Origin: Chiloscyllium plagiosum
Lineage: Eukaryota
NCBI RefSeq assembly: GCF_004010195.1
Contig: NC_057751.1
Coordinates: 1,376,363 to 1,440,362, forward strand
DNA: 64,000 nucleotides
Direction of reading: 5' to 3'
This document shows positions 1 to 11,600 of the stretch, in pieces (position 1 is the stretch's first letter; each line of letters opens with the position of its first letter). Below the pieces are notes generated by a model, which searched no databases, was not told the origin of the DNA, and was given only the letters and a program-made list of their open reading frames with translations. The position numbers were made by a program, and so were the translations under genes.

Positions 1-917
1 TTGAAGAGGCCATTTCAAACAGGCAAAAGGAGATAGAGGCCAACAAGTTCAGGAAAGAATTTGAGAGCTGAGGGAAACAGGAAAGGGGTGCAACCTTCAT
101 ATTAGTAAATAAATAAATCATCTTAATAAATGTGATGCCGTAACTCAAAGTCCGTCCAATAATAATGACAAGCAATACAGAGAAACATGAATGGAGGTCT
201 ATGCCACACCATTCATCAACCAACAGGTATTCATGTCAATGAAAGATTATCAGCAACAGAATAAACGTCTTTTTCTGAAAAAAAATGGAGGCTTTCTCAC
301 AAAGACCAGGCGAACAAAAGTTCAAACTTACCCAAGGAGGAAAAGCAGCCCACAAAATGCAGGGAAAGGAGAAATAGAAAGCCAGGCTTAAGGCCTTGTA
401 ACAGCCAATACTGAACCAAGGAGGGAGAGGGTGTGTCTGTGTCTGTGTGAGAGAGAGAGTGTGTCATTAAAGCAACCTGTGAGCTGATTGGCTTTTGATG
501 GTTGTAGCCATGTTTTCCCAGCTCCAAAGGTCAGGAGTTAGTTGAAGCAGAGGGGAAATGAAAATAATTCATTTTAAATACTAAGGGCTGAGGAAAACAT
601 TTAAAATGAATAGGTAATGTCACTTGACTAGTCATCCAGAGATCCAGGTGAATGAGCTGGGCACACAGAGCCATAGAGTTGTACATCACAGAAACAGACC
701 CTTTGGTCCATGCTGATCAGATATCTTAAATAAATCTAGTCCCATTTGTCAGCATTTGATCCATATCCCTCTAAACCCTTCCTATTCATACACCCATCCA
801 GATGACTTTCAAATTTTGTAATTGTACCAGCCTCCACCACTTCCTCTGGCAGCTCATTCCACACATGTACCACCCTCTGCGTGAAAAAGTTGCCCTTTAG
901 GTCCCTTTTATATCTTA

Positions 918-1145
918 GCTGAAAATGTGTTGCTGGAAAAGCGCAGCAGGTCAGGCAGCATCCAGGGAACAGGAGAATCAACGTTTCGGGCATAAGCCCT
1001 TCTTCAGGAATGAGGGATTCCTGAAGAAGGGCTTATGCCCAAAACGTCGATTCTCCTGTTCCCCCTGGATGCTGCCTGACCTGCTGCGCTTTTCCAGCAA
1101 CACATTTTCAGCTCTGATCTCCAGCATCTGCAGACCTCACTTTCT
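918..1145. mobile_element. Fold-back Penelope-like short element with hammerhead cores, inserted in CR1
   Basis: Inverted arms of about 94 bp (918-1011 and 1017-1113) around a 5-nt loop. Flanked by the duplication cccttttatatctta (903-917 and 1146-1160). CTGAAGA-AGGGCTTATGCCC-(G/A)AAACGT on both arms. Confidence 0.85.
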
Positions 1146-1432
1146 CCCTTTTATATCTTACCCCTCTCATCCTAAAGCTATGCTGTCCAGTTTTGAACCT
1201 CTCTATCATGGGAAAAAGACCTTGTCTATTTACCCTATCCATGTCTCTGACGTTCCAGGGAAAACAACTCCAGCCTCTTCAGCCTCTCCCTATAGCTCAA
1301 ACCCTCCAACCCTGGCAACATCCTTGTAAATCTTTTCTGAACCCTTTCAAGATTCACAACAACCTTCCTACAGGAGGAAAAACAGAATTGAATACAGTAT
1401 TCCAAGTGTGGCCTGACCAATGTCCTGCATAG

Positions 1433-2093
1433 ATCAGAGTGGTGCTGGAAAAAGTACAGCAGGTCAGGCAGCATCCAAAGAGCAGGAAAATCGGGCAAAA
1501 GCCCTTCATCAGGACTGGAGGCAGGGTGCCTGCAGAGTGGAGAGATAAATGGGGGGATGGGGCTGAGGAGAAGGTAGCAAAGATTACAATAGGTGAATGG
1601 GGGTGGGGATGGAGGTGATAGATCAGAGGGGAGGGTGGAGCAGATAGGTGGGAAGGAAGATTGGCAGGGTAGGACAGGTCATGAGGACAGTGCTGAGCTG
1701 GAAGGTTGGAACTGGGGTAAGGTGGGGGAGGGGAAATGAGGATATGTTTCCCTCCCCATTCCTATCCACTTTCTACAAAGACCATTCCCTCCGTGACTAC
1801 CTGGTCAGGTCCACGCCCCCCAACAACCCACCCTCCCTTCCTGGCACCTTCCCCTCCCACCGCAGGAATTGCAAAGCCTGCGCCCACCTCCTCCCTCACC
1901 TCCATCCAGGGCCCTAAAGGGGAAGGGTACTGTTGGGGACATTGGGGGAGGAAGAAACGGAGGGCTTGGAGGCCCTGGTCATGGCGGATGGAGGTGTAGA
2001 GGGATTGGATGTCCATGGTGAAGATGAGGTGTTGGGGGCCAGGGAAACGGTAGTCTTGGAGGAGGTGGAGGGCATGGGTTGCTACCACACACA
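1433..2093. mobile_element. Rearranged Penelope-like retroelement fragment (RT piece, Cys-linker piece, terminal repeat)
   Basis: Minus strand about 1925-2075 encodes LIFTMDIQSLYTSIRHDQGLQAL (PLE RT motif A region). Plus strand 1745-1917 encodes SLRDYLVRS..PGTFPSHRRNCKAC (linker that precedes the GIY-YIG endonuclease). Flanks caatgtcctg(c/t)atag at 1418-1432 and 2094-2108. Confidence 0.8.
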
Positions 2094-4135
2094 CAATGTC
2101 CTGTATAGCCACAACATGACCTCCCAGCTCCTGTACTCTATCCCTTGACCAATAAAAGCATGCAGCCAAATGTCTTCTTCACTAACCTGTCTACTTGTGA
2201 CTCCATTTCAAGGAACTGTAGGTTAGATGGGCTTCAGATCAGCTCAATACTGCACTGTATTGTTCTATGTTCTAACTATGAACCTGCACTCTGAGGTCTC
2301 TTTGTTCAGCAACACTCCCTAGGACCTTACCATTAAATGTATAAATCCTGCTCTGATTTGCTTTCCCAAAATGCAGCACCTCGCATTTATCTGAATAAAA
2401 CTTGATCTGCCACCCCTCAGCCCATTGGCCCATCTGGTCAAGATGCTGTTGTAATCTGAGGTAACCTTCTTTGCTGTCCACTACACCTCCAATATTGGTG
2501 TCATCTACAAACGTATTAACTAAACTCCTATGTTTGTATCCAAACGATTTATATAAATGACAAAAAGTAGAGGGCCCAGCACTGATCCTTGTGGCTCTCC
2601 ACTGGTCATATGCCTCCAATCTGAAAACAACCCTCCACCACCACCCTCTGTCTTCTACCTTTGAGCCAGTTCTGTATCCAAATGGCTAGTTCCCCTTGTA
2701 TTCCATAAGATCTAACCTTGCTAATCAGTCTCCCATGGGGAACCTTGTCGAATGCCTGACTGAAGTCCATATAGATCACATCTACTGCTCTGCCCTCATC
2801 AATCCTCTTTGTTACTTCTTCAAAAAACTCAATCAAGTTTGTGAGACACGATTTCCCACGCACAAAGCCATGTTGACTATCCCTAATCAGTCCTTGCCTT
2901 TCCAAATACATGTACGTCCTGTCTCTCAGGAATCCCTCCAACAACCTGCCTATCACCGACGTCAGGCTCACTGACTTTTCCTTACCCTTTCTTAAATAAT
3001 GGTAGTACATTACCAACCTCCAGTCTTCTGGCCCCTCACCAGTGGCTAAAGCCAATCAATTTCACTCTGTCTTTTTGAGAAAGAGGTCTTCCATTTGCAC
3101 ACGGTCTGACCTACAAGTGAGTCTATCCTCACAGCGAGGTAGTTGATTCCTATGTGCAGTCTGAAATGATCAAGCAAACGCTCCATTGTAACAAATGGCT
3201 ACTGAAACGTCTCAATCAGATGGAACACACACAGCTTCAACAAAGTGGCTCTCCATATTTGGAAAAGCCAGTGGACATCAGCCAGAAATGCTGGCCTTGC
3301 CTGTGATTCCTACATTGGCTGACAGTCAATGAAATGTTTGGTTTACATCTCTGTGTTTATAGTGACAGCAGCCGGGGACTCTTTCAGTTTTTCAGAGGCA
3401 GCTTTCTTTCTGAAGATTTAAATGAATGATTGGGCAGCTCAGAGTTCACATTGCGTTCCATGTGGAAACCTGAGGGAATATTGTGCACCCTGGATATGAC
3501 CATATGTGCAGGAAATGCCGGAGCTGCAACTCTGCGTTTCGCCGTCTGAGCAGCACTGCAGTGTGTCTGTGAGTTTGAGAGCTGTGTAAGGAGGATTGTT
3601 ATAGATGTTGTCACCTCATAGCTGACAATGAAGGGTTTAACTGACCATATCAGAGAGCAGATAGGACTCACCGACCCTTGCTGTGAGTCTGGAGTCACAT
3701 GTAGGCCAGATTGTGTATGGATAGAAGACTTCCTTCTGTAAAGGAACCAAGTGAATTCGATAGGCTTTAACAACAATGGTGGAGGTTTGTGACTCCCATA
3801 GCTGAGATTTTGTTTAAATGTCCAAATTATTGATTAGTCAAACTTAAATGGCACCAACTGGCACATTGGCATTGGAGTACAATTCTTCACCCCCTTCCCA
3901 GACCAAAGGGTTGAGAGAGAGAGAGAGAGAATGGACTGGTGATGAGTTTAATGTGATGGAGGACCCCCTCAGGAAAGGGGAATCCTTTGTGGTAACCATA
4001 GCTGGTGCAGGAATTGAGGCCATCACTCTGTGTCAGAAATCAGCCGCCCTGTGAATTATCTGCAGAGAGAGAGGAAATCAAAAGAAACAGGCAGATCGAG
4101 CTGATCATCCTGAGTGTATCGCACTCTCCAGCCAC

Positions 4136-4385
4136 CATAGAGACATAGTTATAGAGATGTACAGCACGGAAACAGACCCTTCAGCCCAACCTGTCCATGC
4201 CGACCAGATATCCCAACCCAATCTAGTCCCACCTGCCAGCACCCGGCCCATATCCCTCCAAACCCTTCCTATTCATATACCCATCCAAATGCCTTTTAAA
4301 TGTTGCAATTGTACCAGTCTCCACCACTTCCTCTGGCAGCTCATTCCATACACGTACCATCCTCTGTGTGAAAACGTTGCCTGTG
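4136..4385 (-). mobile_element. CR1 LINE 3' end
   Basis: [27 protein letters not shown] plus 3' UTR ending GAAGGGTCTGTTTCCGTGCTGTACATCTCTAT. Confidence 0.88.
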
Positions 4386-4475
4386 AATACTCGGGAAAGT
4401 AATGGTGAATTGGGGAGTGCAGTCAGAGCCAAGGACATGGTCCAACAGCTGACTCAGGGCACAAGGAGTGGACCA

Positions 4476-4650
4476 AAACCAGAGAATGCTGTATAAACTC
4501 AGCAGGTCTGGTACATCGATAGAAAGACAAAAAGAATTAATGTTTCTGGGCTCAAAACATCTGCTCTGCTTTCTACCCACAGATGCTGCCAGACCTGCTG
4601 AGTTTCTCCAGGGATTTGTGTGTTTGTTTCAGATTTCCAGCATTAGCAGA
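4476..4650. mobile_element. Older, degenerate fold-back PLE-related element
   Basis: aaactcagcaggtctgg (4495) is inverted against ccagacctgctgagttt (4589). Related pieces occur near 11510-11680, 12600-12730, 16075-16170, 36325-36420 and 53765-53900. Confidence 0.55.
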
Positions 4651-5344
4651 GATGAGTGGGGTTTTGTAAACATGTGTTGCTTAAATGTGGTCTTGTATTA
4701 CACCAAATTGAAGGAACATATCAGACATGGACAGTTAAACATGATTCCATGATTGGGCAGCACTGACTGAAGGATCTTGTGTGTGCTCATCATGACAAGA
4801 ATAATTGGAGATCATTGATAATCCAGCTTCAGATGTTAAACTAGCAAGATGCAACATGCATTCATATGCAAGGTCCCATTGTCTACAAACTGAGGCTTCA
4901 TGTTCAATGCTACGGCCTTTTCGAATTATCCAGAAAGGAATATGGGTTCCCTGTTGCCTGCTTCATGATAACACCTGAGCTAATCAATATTGACTGAGCC
5001 CTGAATCAGTTTCTTTTCCTCCTGTTGTATAAACTGTCATGATTACTTCAAAATTGGTATTCTTGTGTCTGTGCTGATCAATGAAAATCTTTCAGAGTGT
5101 GGCTCCCTTCTCCAAAAATCTGAAATCTGACTGATTCTAGATTGCCCAGGCATTGAAGACATTTTCTGTGAGCAGTCGGTTTATTCAACAGAAACATGCT
5201 GAGGATCAGTAAAAAGGGCTGTTTGACCTGATTGGGGTGAATGGAAACAAGAGGTCATGCTGCAGATCCAATGTCCAGCACTACAATTAGAGACAGCAAT
5301 CCTGTTCTTTTGAATCCTGTACCAGATAGGGTGGACTAATGAAT

Positions 5345-5508
5345 ACTGAAAATGTGTTGCTGGAAAAGTGCAGCAGGTCAGGCTGCATCCAAGGAGCAGG
5401 AGAATCGACGTTTTGGGCATGAGCCCTTCTTCAGGAATGAGCCTCTGAATGAGCCAAGAGCCTCATTTTCAGCTCTGATCTCCAGCATCTGCAGCCCTCA
5501 CTTTCTCC
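5345..5508. mobile_element. PLE-derived short element (same family as 918-1145)
   Basis: Same terminus; flanked by tggactaatgaat (5332-5344 and 5509-5521); second arm largely deleted. Confidence 0.82.
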
Positions 5509-5942
5509 TGGACTAATGAATGGTTTTGTAATGTTGAAAGGATTCAAACGGGGAAAGACAAACTAACTATTTCAATTGGTGGGGTTTTAAAAACGGGATG
5601 GATTAAAACTGAAGGCAGTTTATTCAGTGGTTGAATAAGGAAGTATTCTTTCACACAATGGGCACCAGACATCGAGAACAACTGTCATGTATTACCCAAG
5701 AGCTTCCAAAACTGAGGCTGACAGATTTCGGTTGCTTAAATGTATTGGCATATGATGCTCAGGCAATAACTACAGTAGAGGTACACATTAGTTGTGATCG
5801 ACTTAATGGTAGAATCAGTTTGACTAGCCTCCTCATGTATTCTGTATCAAAGGCTCAAGAGATGAAATGAGATCTTGCTGCTTTCTGTATTAGTCTCCAG
5901 GGTGGCATAGCCTCGTCCTACCTTAATGTAACAGAGGGCACT

Positions 5943-6085
5943 GCGTGTATGGAATGAGCTGCCAGAGGAAGTGGTGGAGGCTGGGACAATGACAACACTT
6001 AAAAGGCATCTGGATGGGTATAGTTTAGGAACTCTGGTCGGCATGGATGAGTTGGACTGAAGTTTCTGTGCTGTATGACTCTGTG
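5943..6085 (+). mobile_element. CR1 3' fragment
   Basis: gtatggaatgagctgccagaggaagtggtggagg through gctgtatgactctgtgac. Confidence 0.8.
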
Positions 6086-7118
6086 ACACTATCTGAGCTG
6101 ATAGATGGTCTCTCCCTGTTCTGCTACTTCTCCATTCTGTCATTCCATTTATTTTGATGAATGGTAGAGGTGTGCTAAGTGTCACATTGCTGACAAAGAA
6201 TGGGAAATCTGAAGTAAAATAAACCACTGTTTCTCTCAGCTGCCCCACTCAATTGAATTCGGGACAAATCACTCCAGATTCTCCTCATCAAGATTCCCCT
6301 TTGACTGTTTTCCCATGCTGTGAGACTGTCCTGATTTGCAAAATGAAACAGGGCTGGCACAGTTGGAAAGGAGATGACAGTCACTTGTGGAACACTGCAT
6401 TTTCCTCCGACACCACTCCCAATCTAACCCCTCTCCTGTCTCCATTCAACTAGCCTCTTGGCATGATGGGAAAACTGAGCTACTCCCAATCCTGCCGATG
6501 GACAGCATTGCACTGAGTGTGGTGACCCCATGGTTAAATATCCTTCTCGAGGCTAACTGCTCATGCATTCATTTCAGTTAGTCACCATGGAAGGTTGATC
6601 AAAGTGTCCTTTGTGCGTCATTGTTGACAAATGGATGGCGGTTCCATTGCTCCTTTGGATGGGTTTGATGACAGCTACCTTCCAACCCATTTCACCCACA
6701 GAGGAAGCTGCTAACACACCTTCACTTCTGGCTTGTGTTCTTCCCTGGCAGGCGTTACTTTCTTACCTGCCCTGGCTCCCCATTTGTCTTCCTCGAATTG
6801 ATCGTACTCTCGAGAGTGGGGAGAACAAAGACCCCAGCATCAGGCCTTTCACCTGGCACTGGTTCCTGCTCTCAATGTATCCTAAAGACACTGTATGTCA
6901 CTGCACATTGTGTTCCAGCTCACTGCAGTCTGGTGCTGCTAAAGACGCAAAGAGTTTGCGTTGAAAGTTGCAGCTTTCATCACCTCAGGATGTTTCTGGC
7001 AGCTTGTGCAGTGTAGTCACTGCGGTGAGGAGCAGCCAATTTGCGGGCAGCAAGCTCCCAGACAGGACATTGAGACTGATGAATCTTTTATGACATTGGT
7101 TGGTTGAGAGATAAATAA

Positions 7119-7290
7119 GGTAAAAACAATGACTGCAGTTACTGGAAACCAGATTCTGGATTAGTGGTGCTGGAAGAGCACAGCAGTTCAGGCAGCATCC
7201 AAGGAGCAGCGAAATCGACATTTCGGGCAAAAGCCCTCCTGATGGATGCTGCCTGAACTGCTGTGCTCTTCCAGCACCACTAATCCAGAA
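7119..7290. mobile_element. Fold-back PLE-derived element, sister subfamily
   Basis: attctggattagtggtgctggaagagcacagcagttcaggcagcatcc and its reverse complement; flanks tgagaga(t/g)aaataa (7105-7118 and 7291-7304). Confidence 0.82.
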
Positions 7291-7359
7291 TGAGAGAGAA
7301 ATAACGCCAGGGACCCTGGGGAGCAGTCCCTGGCTCTACTTTGAAACAGAGTCCCCAAG

Positions 7360-7752
7360 TTATAGAGTCATACAGCGTGGAAACAAACCATTTACTCCAA
7401 CCGACTGCGCAGACCCCAATCGAACCTAGTCTAACCTAGTCCCAACTGCCTGTGCTCGGCCCACATCTTTCCAAATATTTCTTATTCATGTACTGATCCA
7501 AATGCCTTTTAAACCTTTTAACGATCGCTTCCTCTGGAAGGTTATTCCACACATGAAACACCCTCTGTGTAAAAACGTTGCCCCATGTCTTTTTTAAAAT
7601 ATTTCTCCTCTCACCTTAAAAAGGTGACCTCCCCTCCCCTCGCCCCCCCCCCCCCCACTCCCCAATTTGTGAAATGCCCCACCGTGGAGAAAGGACACCT
7701 GCCATTTACTTGATCCACACCCCTCGTCATCTTATAGACCGTGATAAGGTCA
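7360..7752 (-). mobile_element. CR1 3' fragment
   Basis: Begins atagagtcatacagcgtggaaac (reverse complement of the CR1 tail); diverged ORF2 C-terminus. Confidence 0.75.
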
Positions 7753-8223
7753 GTTGTGTCCTAGTCCATTCATTGTGCCACTGGAGTGGTCGAGGGAAGA
7801 CGGGGCCTTACTTCATGTCTCAGCTGAAAAACAGCAACTCCTACAATTCAAAACCAGGAACATCATCCAAGGTTATTGTGGTATCTGAAGTGAGACTTAA
7901 ACTAAACAACTTTCTGATTCAGAAGCAACAGTACTCCAGACTAAGGCACAGAGCTGATTCTCATGTCTACAACAGACTATTCTTCCAAATGCAGCCATTT
8001 GGAACCTGTTCCCAAGTATTTCAGTGGCTGAAGAGTGTTGTGGGATGTTCTCAGGATGTACAAAGAACTGCACAATGACAAGGGATTTCTCTATTTGCCT
8101 GGTCAGGATCGCTGTTTCAGAATTCACTCAGCATCGATGAATTGTACCATACAAGTCTGGCACATTTCCAATCGAGCACACACACAGAATAGCCTTTGGT
8201 TTTCAGGAGCTTGTTTCATTTTT

Positions 8224-8229
8224 TTTATT
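8224..8229 (-). terminator. Candidate polyadenylation signal of fgf17
   Basis: AATAAA on the minus strand about 125 nt after the stop codon, in an AU-rich 3' UTR; use is not demonstrated. Confidence 0.45.
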
Positions 8230-8354
8230 TCATCAGTTTTTTTTTTGTAAAATTTTTTTGAAAAACCTGTGCGTGTTCCACTGTCTAACCGTTAAAAACC
8301 AAGTATAAAAAAATAGAACATCTTATTTAAAAAATATTGAAAGTCATTGCTTGT

Positions 8355-8648
8355 CTAGGTCCGATGCCTCTTGGGCAGGCGTGTTCTCTGAGTCCTTTTG
8401 GTGATGGGGTAATTTATAAACTCAAAGTGCCTTTGCCGGTCCTGGTTTGGAAACAGCGGCTCACCTTTGAAGAGTCTCTTCATGAAGTGGACTTCTCTCT
8501 GATTCTGTCTGGTCTTTGTCGCCTTCCTGGGCTGGCCTTTCCGGGTAAAGGCCATGTACCACCCATCGTACTTGGTGTTCCTCAGTGCCGTGTAGTTATT
8601 TTCCAGCAGTATTTCCGTGAAGATGCAGTCCTTCCCTTTTCCAACCAG
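8355..8648 (-). CDS. fgf17: fgf17 last coding exon (LVGKGKDC...RHRT*)
   Basis: 294 nt including TAG; acceptor cctttgatccAG; FGF core motifs [15 protein letters not shown] and [10 protein letters not shown]. Confidence 0.96.
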   Translation of the reverse strand: MVGKGKDCIFTEILLENNYTALRNTKYDGWYMAFTRKGQPRKATKTRQNQREVHFMKRLFKGEPLFPNQDRQRHFEFINYPITKRTQRTRLPKRHRT

Positions 8649-11600
8649 CTGGATCAAAGGCAAAACATTAGATGGTGAGGCCACACTCTGCCTTCAGTCA
8701 AACCCAGCAGAGTTTTGACATCGTGCCCTGAATTTTGTATCGTTCCCCCCTTTCCCCCGCCCGCAGCGAGGAGACTCCACTGCCTACCACCGCCAACCTG
8801 TTGAAGACCAGTCACTCGTTTCGCAGAAGAAATGGCAAGACCATTTGTGGTGTAGCAAGATCCCACAGTAAACTTGCATTTATACAGCACTATTAATGTG
8901 GAGGTCCTCAGGTGGGACAAAGAAATCCAAGAAGATACCGGAACAGGGTAATTCAAACTTTGGTCAAGGTAGAATAGCTGACAACAGGAGTTTGTCTGCT
9001 CATGGTGGAGCCATGGAAACTGAGAGGCTAGAATGCTGTTGGCCCATTACAAACCTGAAGTAGATCTTACTCATTAGGATAGAGGAGATGGGGATAGAAG
9101 CTCAGCTGAGTAATAATACTGAAAGATAATTGATCAGAAATCAATTCAACCTCAGGCAGTGGCTGCAAAGGGGAAGCGTCCTATGGGTGAGGGAACAGAG
9201 TTGGTGGGAAGGACAGAAGACCATCAGGAGCTTCACTTGAATCAATGACTGCCATCTGAAACTCTAGGCTTAACCAACAAGGCAGCTCCATCAACATCTC
9301 TCGAAGCGTTCAATCACAAACGGAAAACTCTACATGTGAGGTTTGAACTGTTCCTAACCCTCCTCCCACATCCCTCTCCATAGCAGTAACAATGGCACCC
9401 AGCATCCTGAAATACTGGCCATTGGCTGGAGACCTCCCAAACTCCAGGAACGTTTGCAATCCCGGTCGGAGAAATCAGCCCATGTACAATTTGCGAAAGC
9501 GACGTTGGGAAGTGAATCCCTGTTGTCACCGTTTCCCTGATCTCTGTGAAGTAAACCTTTCCTGGTTTTGATGGGAAGTCTCTCCAAAGGGATTGGAAAG
9601 GGTCAGGCAATCAATGGCCATGAACCTCTTGTTCAATAGTGAAGTGACCTCACCTTTAACATTGGGGTATCTGGTCAGACAAAGGAAGGTACTCACCTCA
9701 GGTGAATGGTTGGCAGTGATGATGTGGCCACTATCTCCAAAAAGGACTGTACCATCGTCCTGGGGCAGTCTTTATCTCTACCACTATCACCTCGCTGTTT
9801 ACGGGAGTTAGATGGCTGGAAACTGGCTGTTGCATTTGTTACCATGACAACGGTGGCTAAATTTCAGACATGTTTCACTGGCTGCAAAATGATCTGGGAC
9901 ATTATTTGATCTTGAGAGGTGCTGTGGAAAGGCAAGACCTTTAAGGGCTGTCAATGTGAGAAGGAACAGATTCTGCACACACGGAATGAGGCCATTTAGC
10001 CCATCCTGTTTGTTCCGGTTCTTTGAAGGAGATTTTCAAACTAGTTTCTGCTCATAGCCCTGTCATTCCTCAAGTAGCTGTCCAGTTTGGTTTTGAAGAT
10101 AACAGCTCCATTGGTTTCCACCACCTGACCGCAGCATATTCGGGATGATAACGACATATCTAAATTTCCTCATTTTAGAAATCCAAATCTGTGTCAAAAC
10201 ACTGAAAGTGTACCAGGACTTGAGGAGAACCTACAGGCACCGTGGACTAGAAGGGTGAGGTCTTCCACGATAGTGCAGAGTTGTTACAGTCAGGAGAAAG
10301 GAGTGGGAATGGCTCAGAATTTATTCCAAATGTTAAAGTGCTTCTGGATGTGAATCTATGGAATTCACTGCCACTGAAGGCTGTGGGGGCCAGGTCATTG
10401 AGTATATTTAAGACTGAGATAGATAGGTTCCTGAGTATGAAGTGCTACAGGGAGAAAGTGGGAGAATGGGGTTGAGAAACTTATCAGCCATGATTGAATG
10501 GCAGAGCAGACTCGATGGGCTGAATGGCCTCATTTCTGCTCCTGTGCCTTATTTTAGGATTCATTCTGAGGGTGTTTGTGTACACTTCCTTGACCCTCAC
10601 ATACAGCCACCCCCACCTTCAGCCAGCCACTTACTTTTCCCACCAGTTTCCCCTTTCTGTTCATACAGATGTAGTGCCCAGTCTCTGCTCCCCGGATTCT
10701 CACTCGACTGTCAAACGTGTCCGTTTCCACCAGCAGTTTCGCTGAAACAAAAAACAATAATCCATTAAAATAAAGGAGGTGGACCCAGATCTGCTGAGGA
10801 TTGGCCGGGATGGAGCACAATCAGGGTCTCATTGGGAAGCGAGAGTTTCTTCTTTATTCTTAAGTGATGTTACAATCGTCACTGACAAGGACAACATCTC
10901 TTATCAATCCTTAACTGTCCTTGAATCAAGTGCCTTGCCAGAGGGCAGTTCAGAATCAACCACTTGGCTGTTGACTTGCAGTCAAATGAAGGTCAGACTG
11001 GGTAAGGATGGCAGATTTCTCACCTCCCCTAAAGGCCAAGCCCAGATGGGTTTTCACATCAATCAATGGTGGTTTCACACTCACTATTTCAAATACAGAT
11101 TGATTGAATTTCAATCCCACCATCTGATGTGCTGGGACTCGAACCCATCACCTCACAGCCTGAGCCAAGATCTCTGAAATACTATTACAGTGACATTTCT
11201 ACCGCACCACCATCTGCACCAAATGCGACCCTGTCAGTGTCTGGAATCAGGCGGGTTTCACGCCATTCCCTTTGAGTTTTGTACAATGTTCACACACCAA
11301 TTTTCCTGATTTCCTGAAATAAATGGAGGCCACTCCCAGCCCACTCCTGAGCTGCTGCTGGTAAAGCTCCACGTGGGAAGTGGCAACTCAGAAAGTGACC
11401 TTCCTGTTAACCCGAATTAAAACCGTCTTATTCTGTTTGTAAACAGCCCAGAGCAGTGGCTAACACCAGCAGCCACCTCACTCCTGGCTGTCTGTTCAAG
11501 GCCAAAGAGTGAAGATGCTGGAAATCTGTCCCAAATACCGAGAAAGCTGGACAGACTCCCCAGCTGGGGAGGGAGAAACACAGAGAATGTTCTGAACAAC

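Larger units (their letters stand above)
663..3055 (-). mobile_element. Degraded CR1 (HER1-like) LINE ORF2 and 3' UTR, interrupted by nested insertions
   Basis: RT motifs QHGFVRGKSCLTNLIEFF, DVIYMDFSQAFDKVPH and FVDDT; C-terminal [20 protein letters not shown] and [16 protein letters not shown]; several frameshifts. Confidence 0.9.

Noticed and set aside
918..1145. MITE (DNA transposon) interpretation of the fold-back elements
   Set aside because: Arms are asymmetric with an extra ~35-nt tail on one side, TSD length varies (13-16 bp), and the terminus is shared with a PLE RT-bearing fragment.
8637..10646. LVGK-LVGK apparent duplication at the exon 4/5 junction
   Set aside because: Exon lengths (107 and 294 nt) and alignment to FGF17 LIGK-PSGK show no insertion; this is a substitution-level coincidence.
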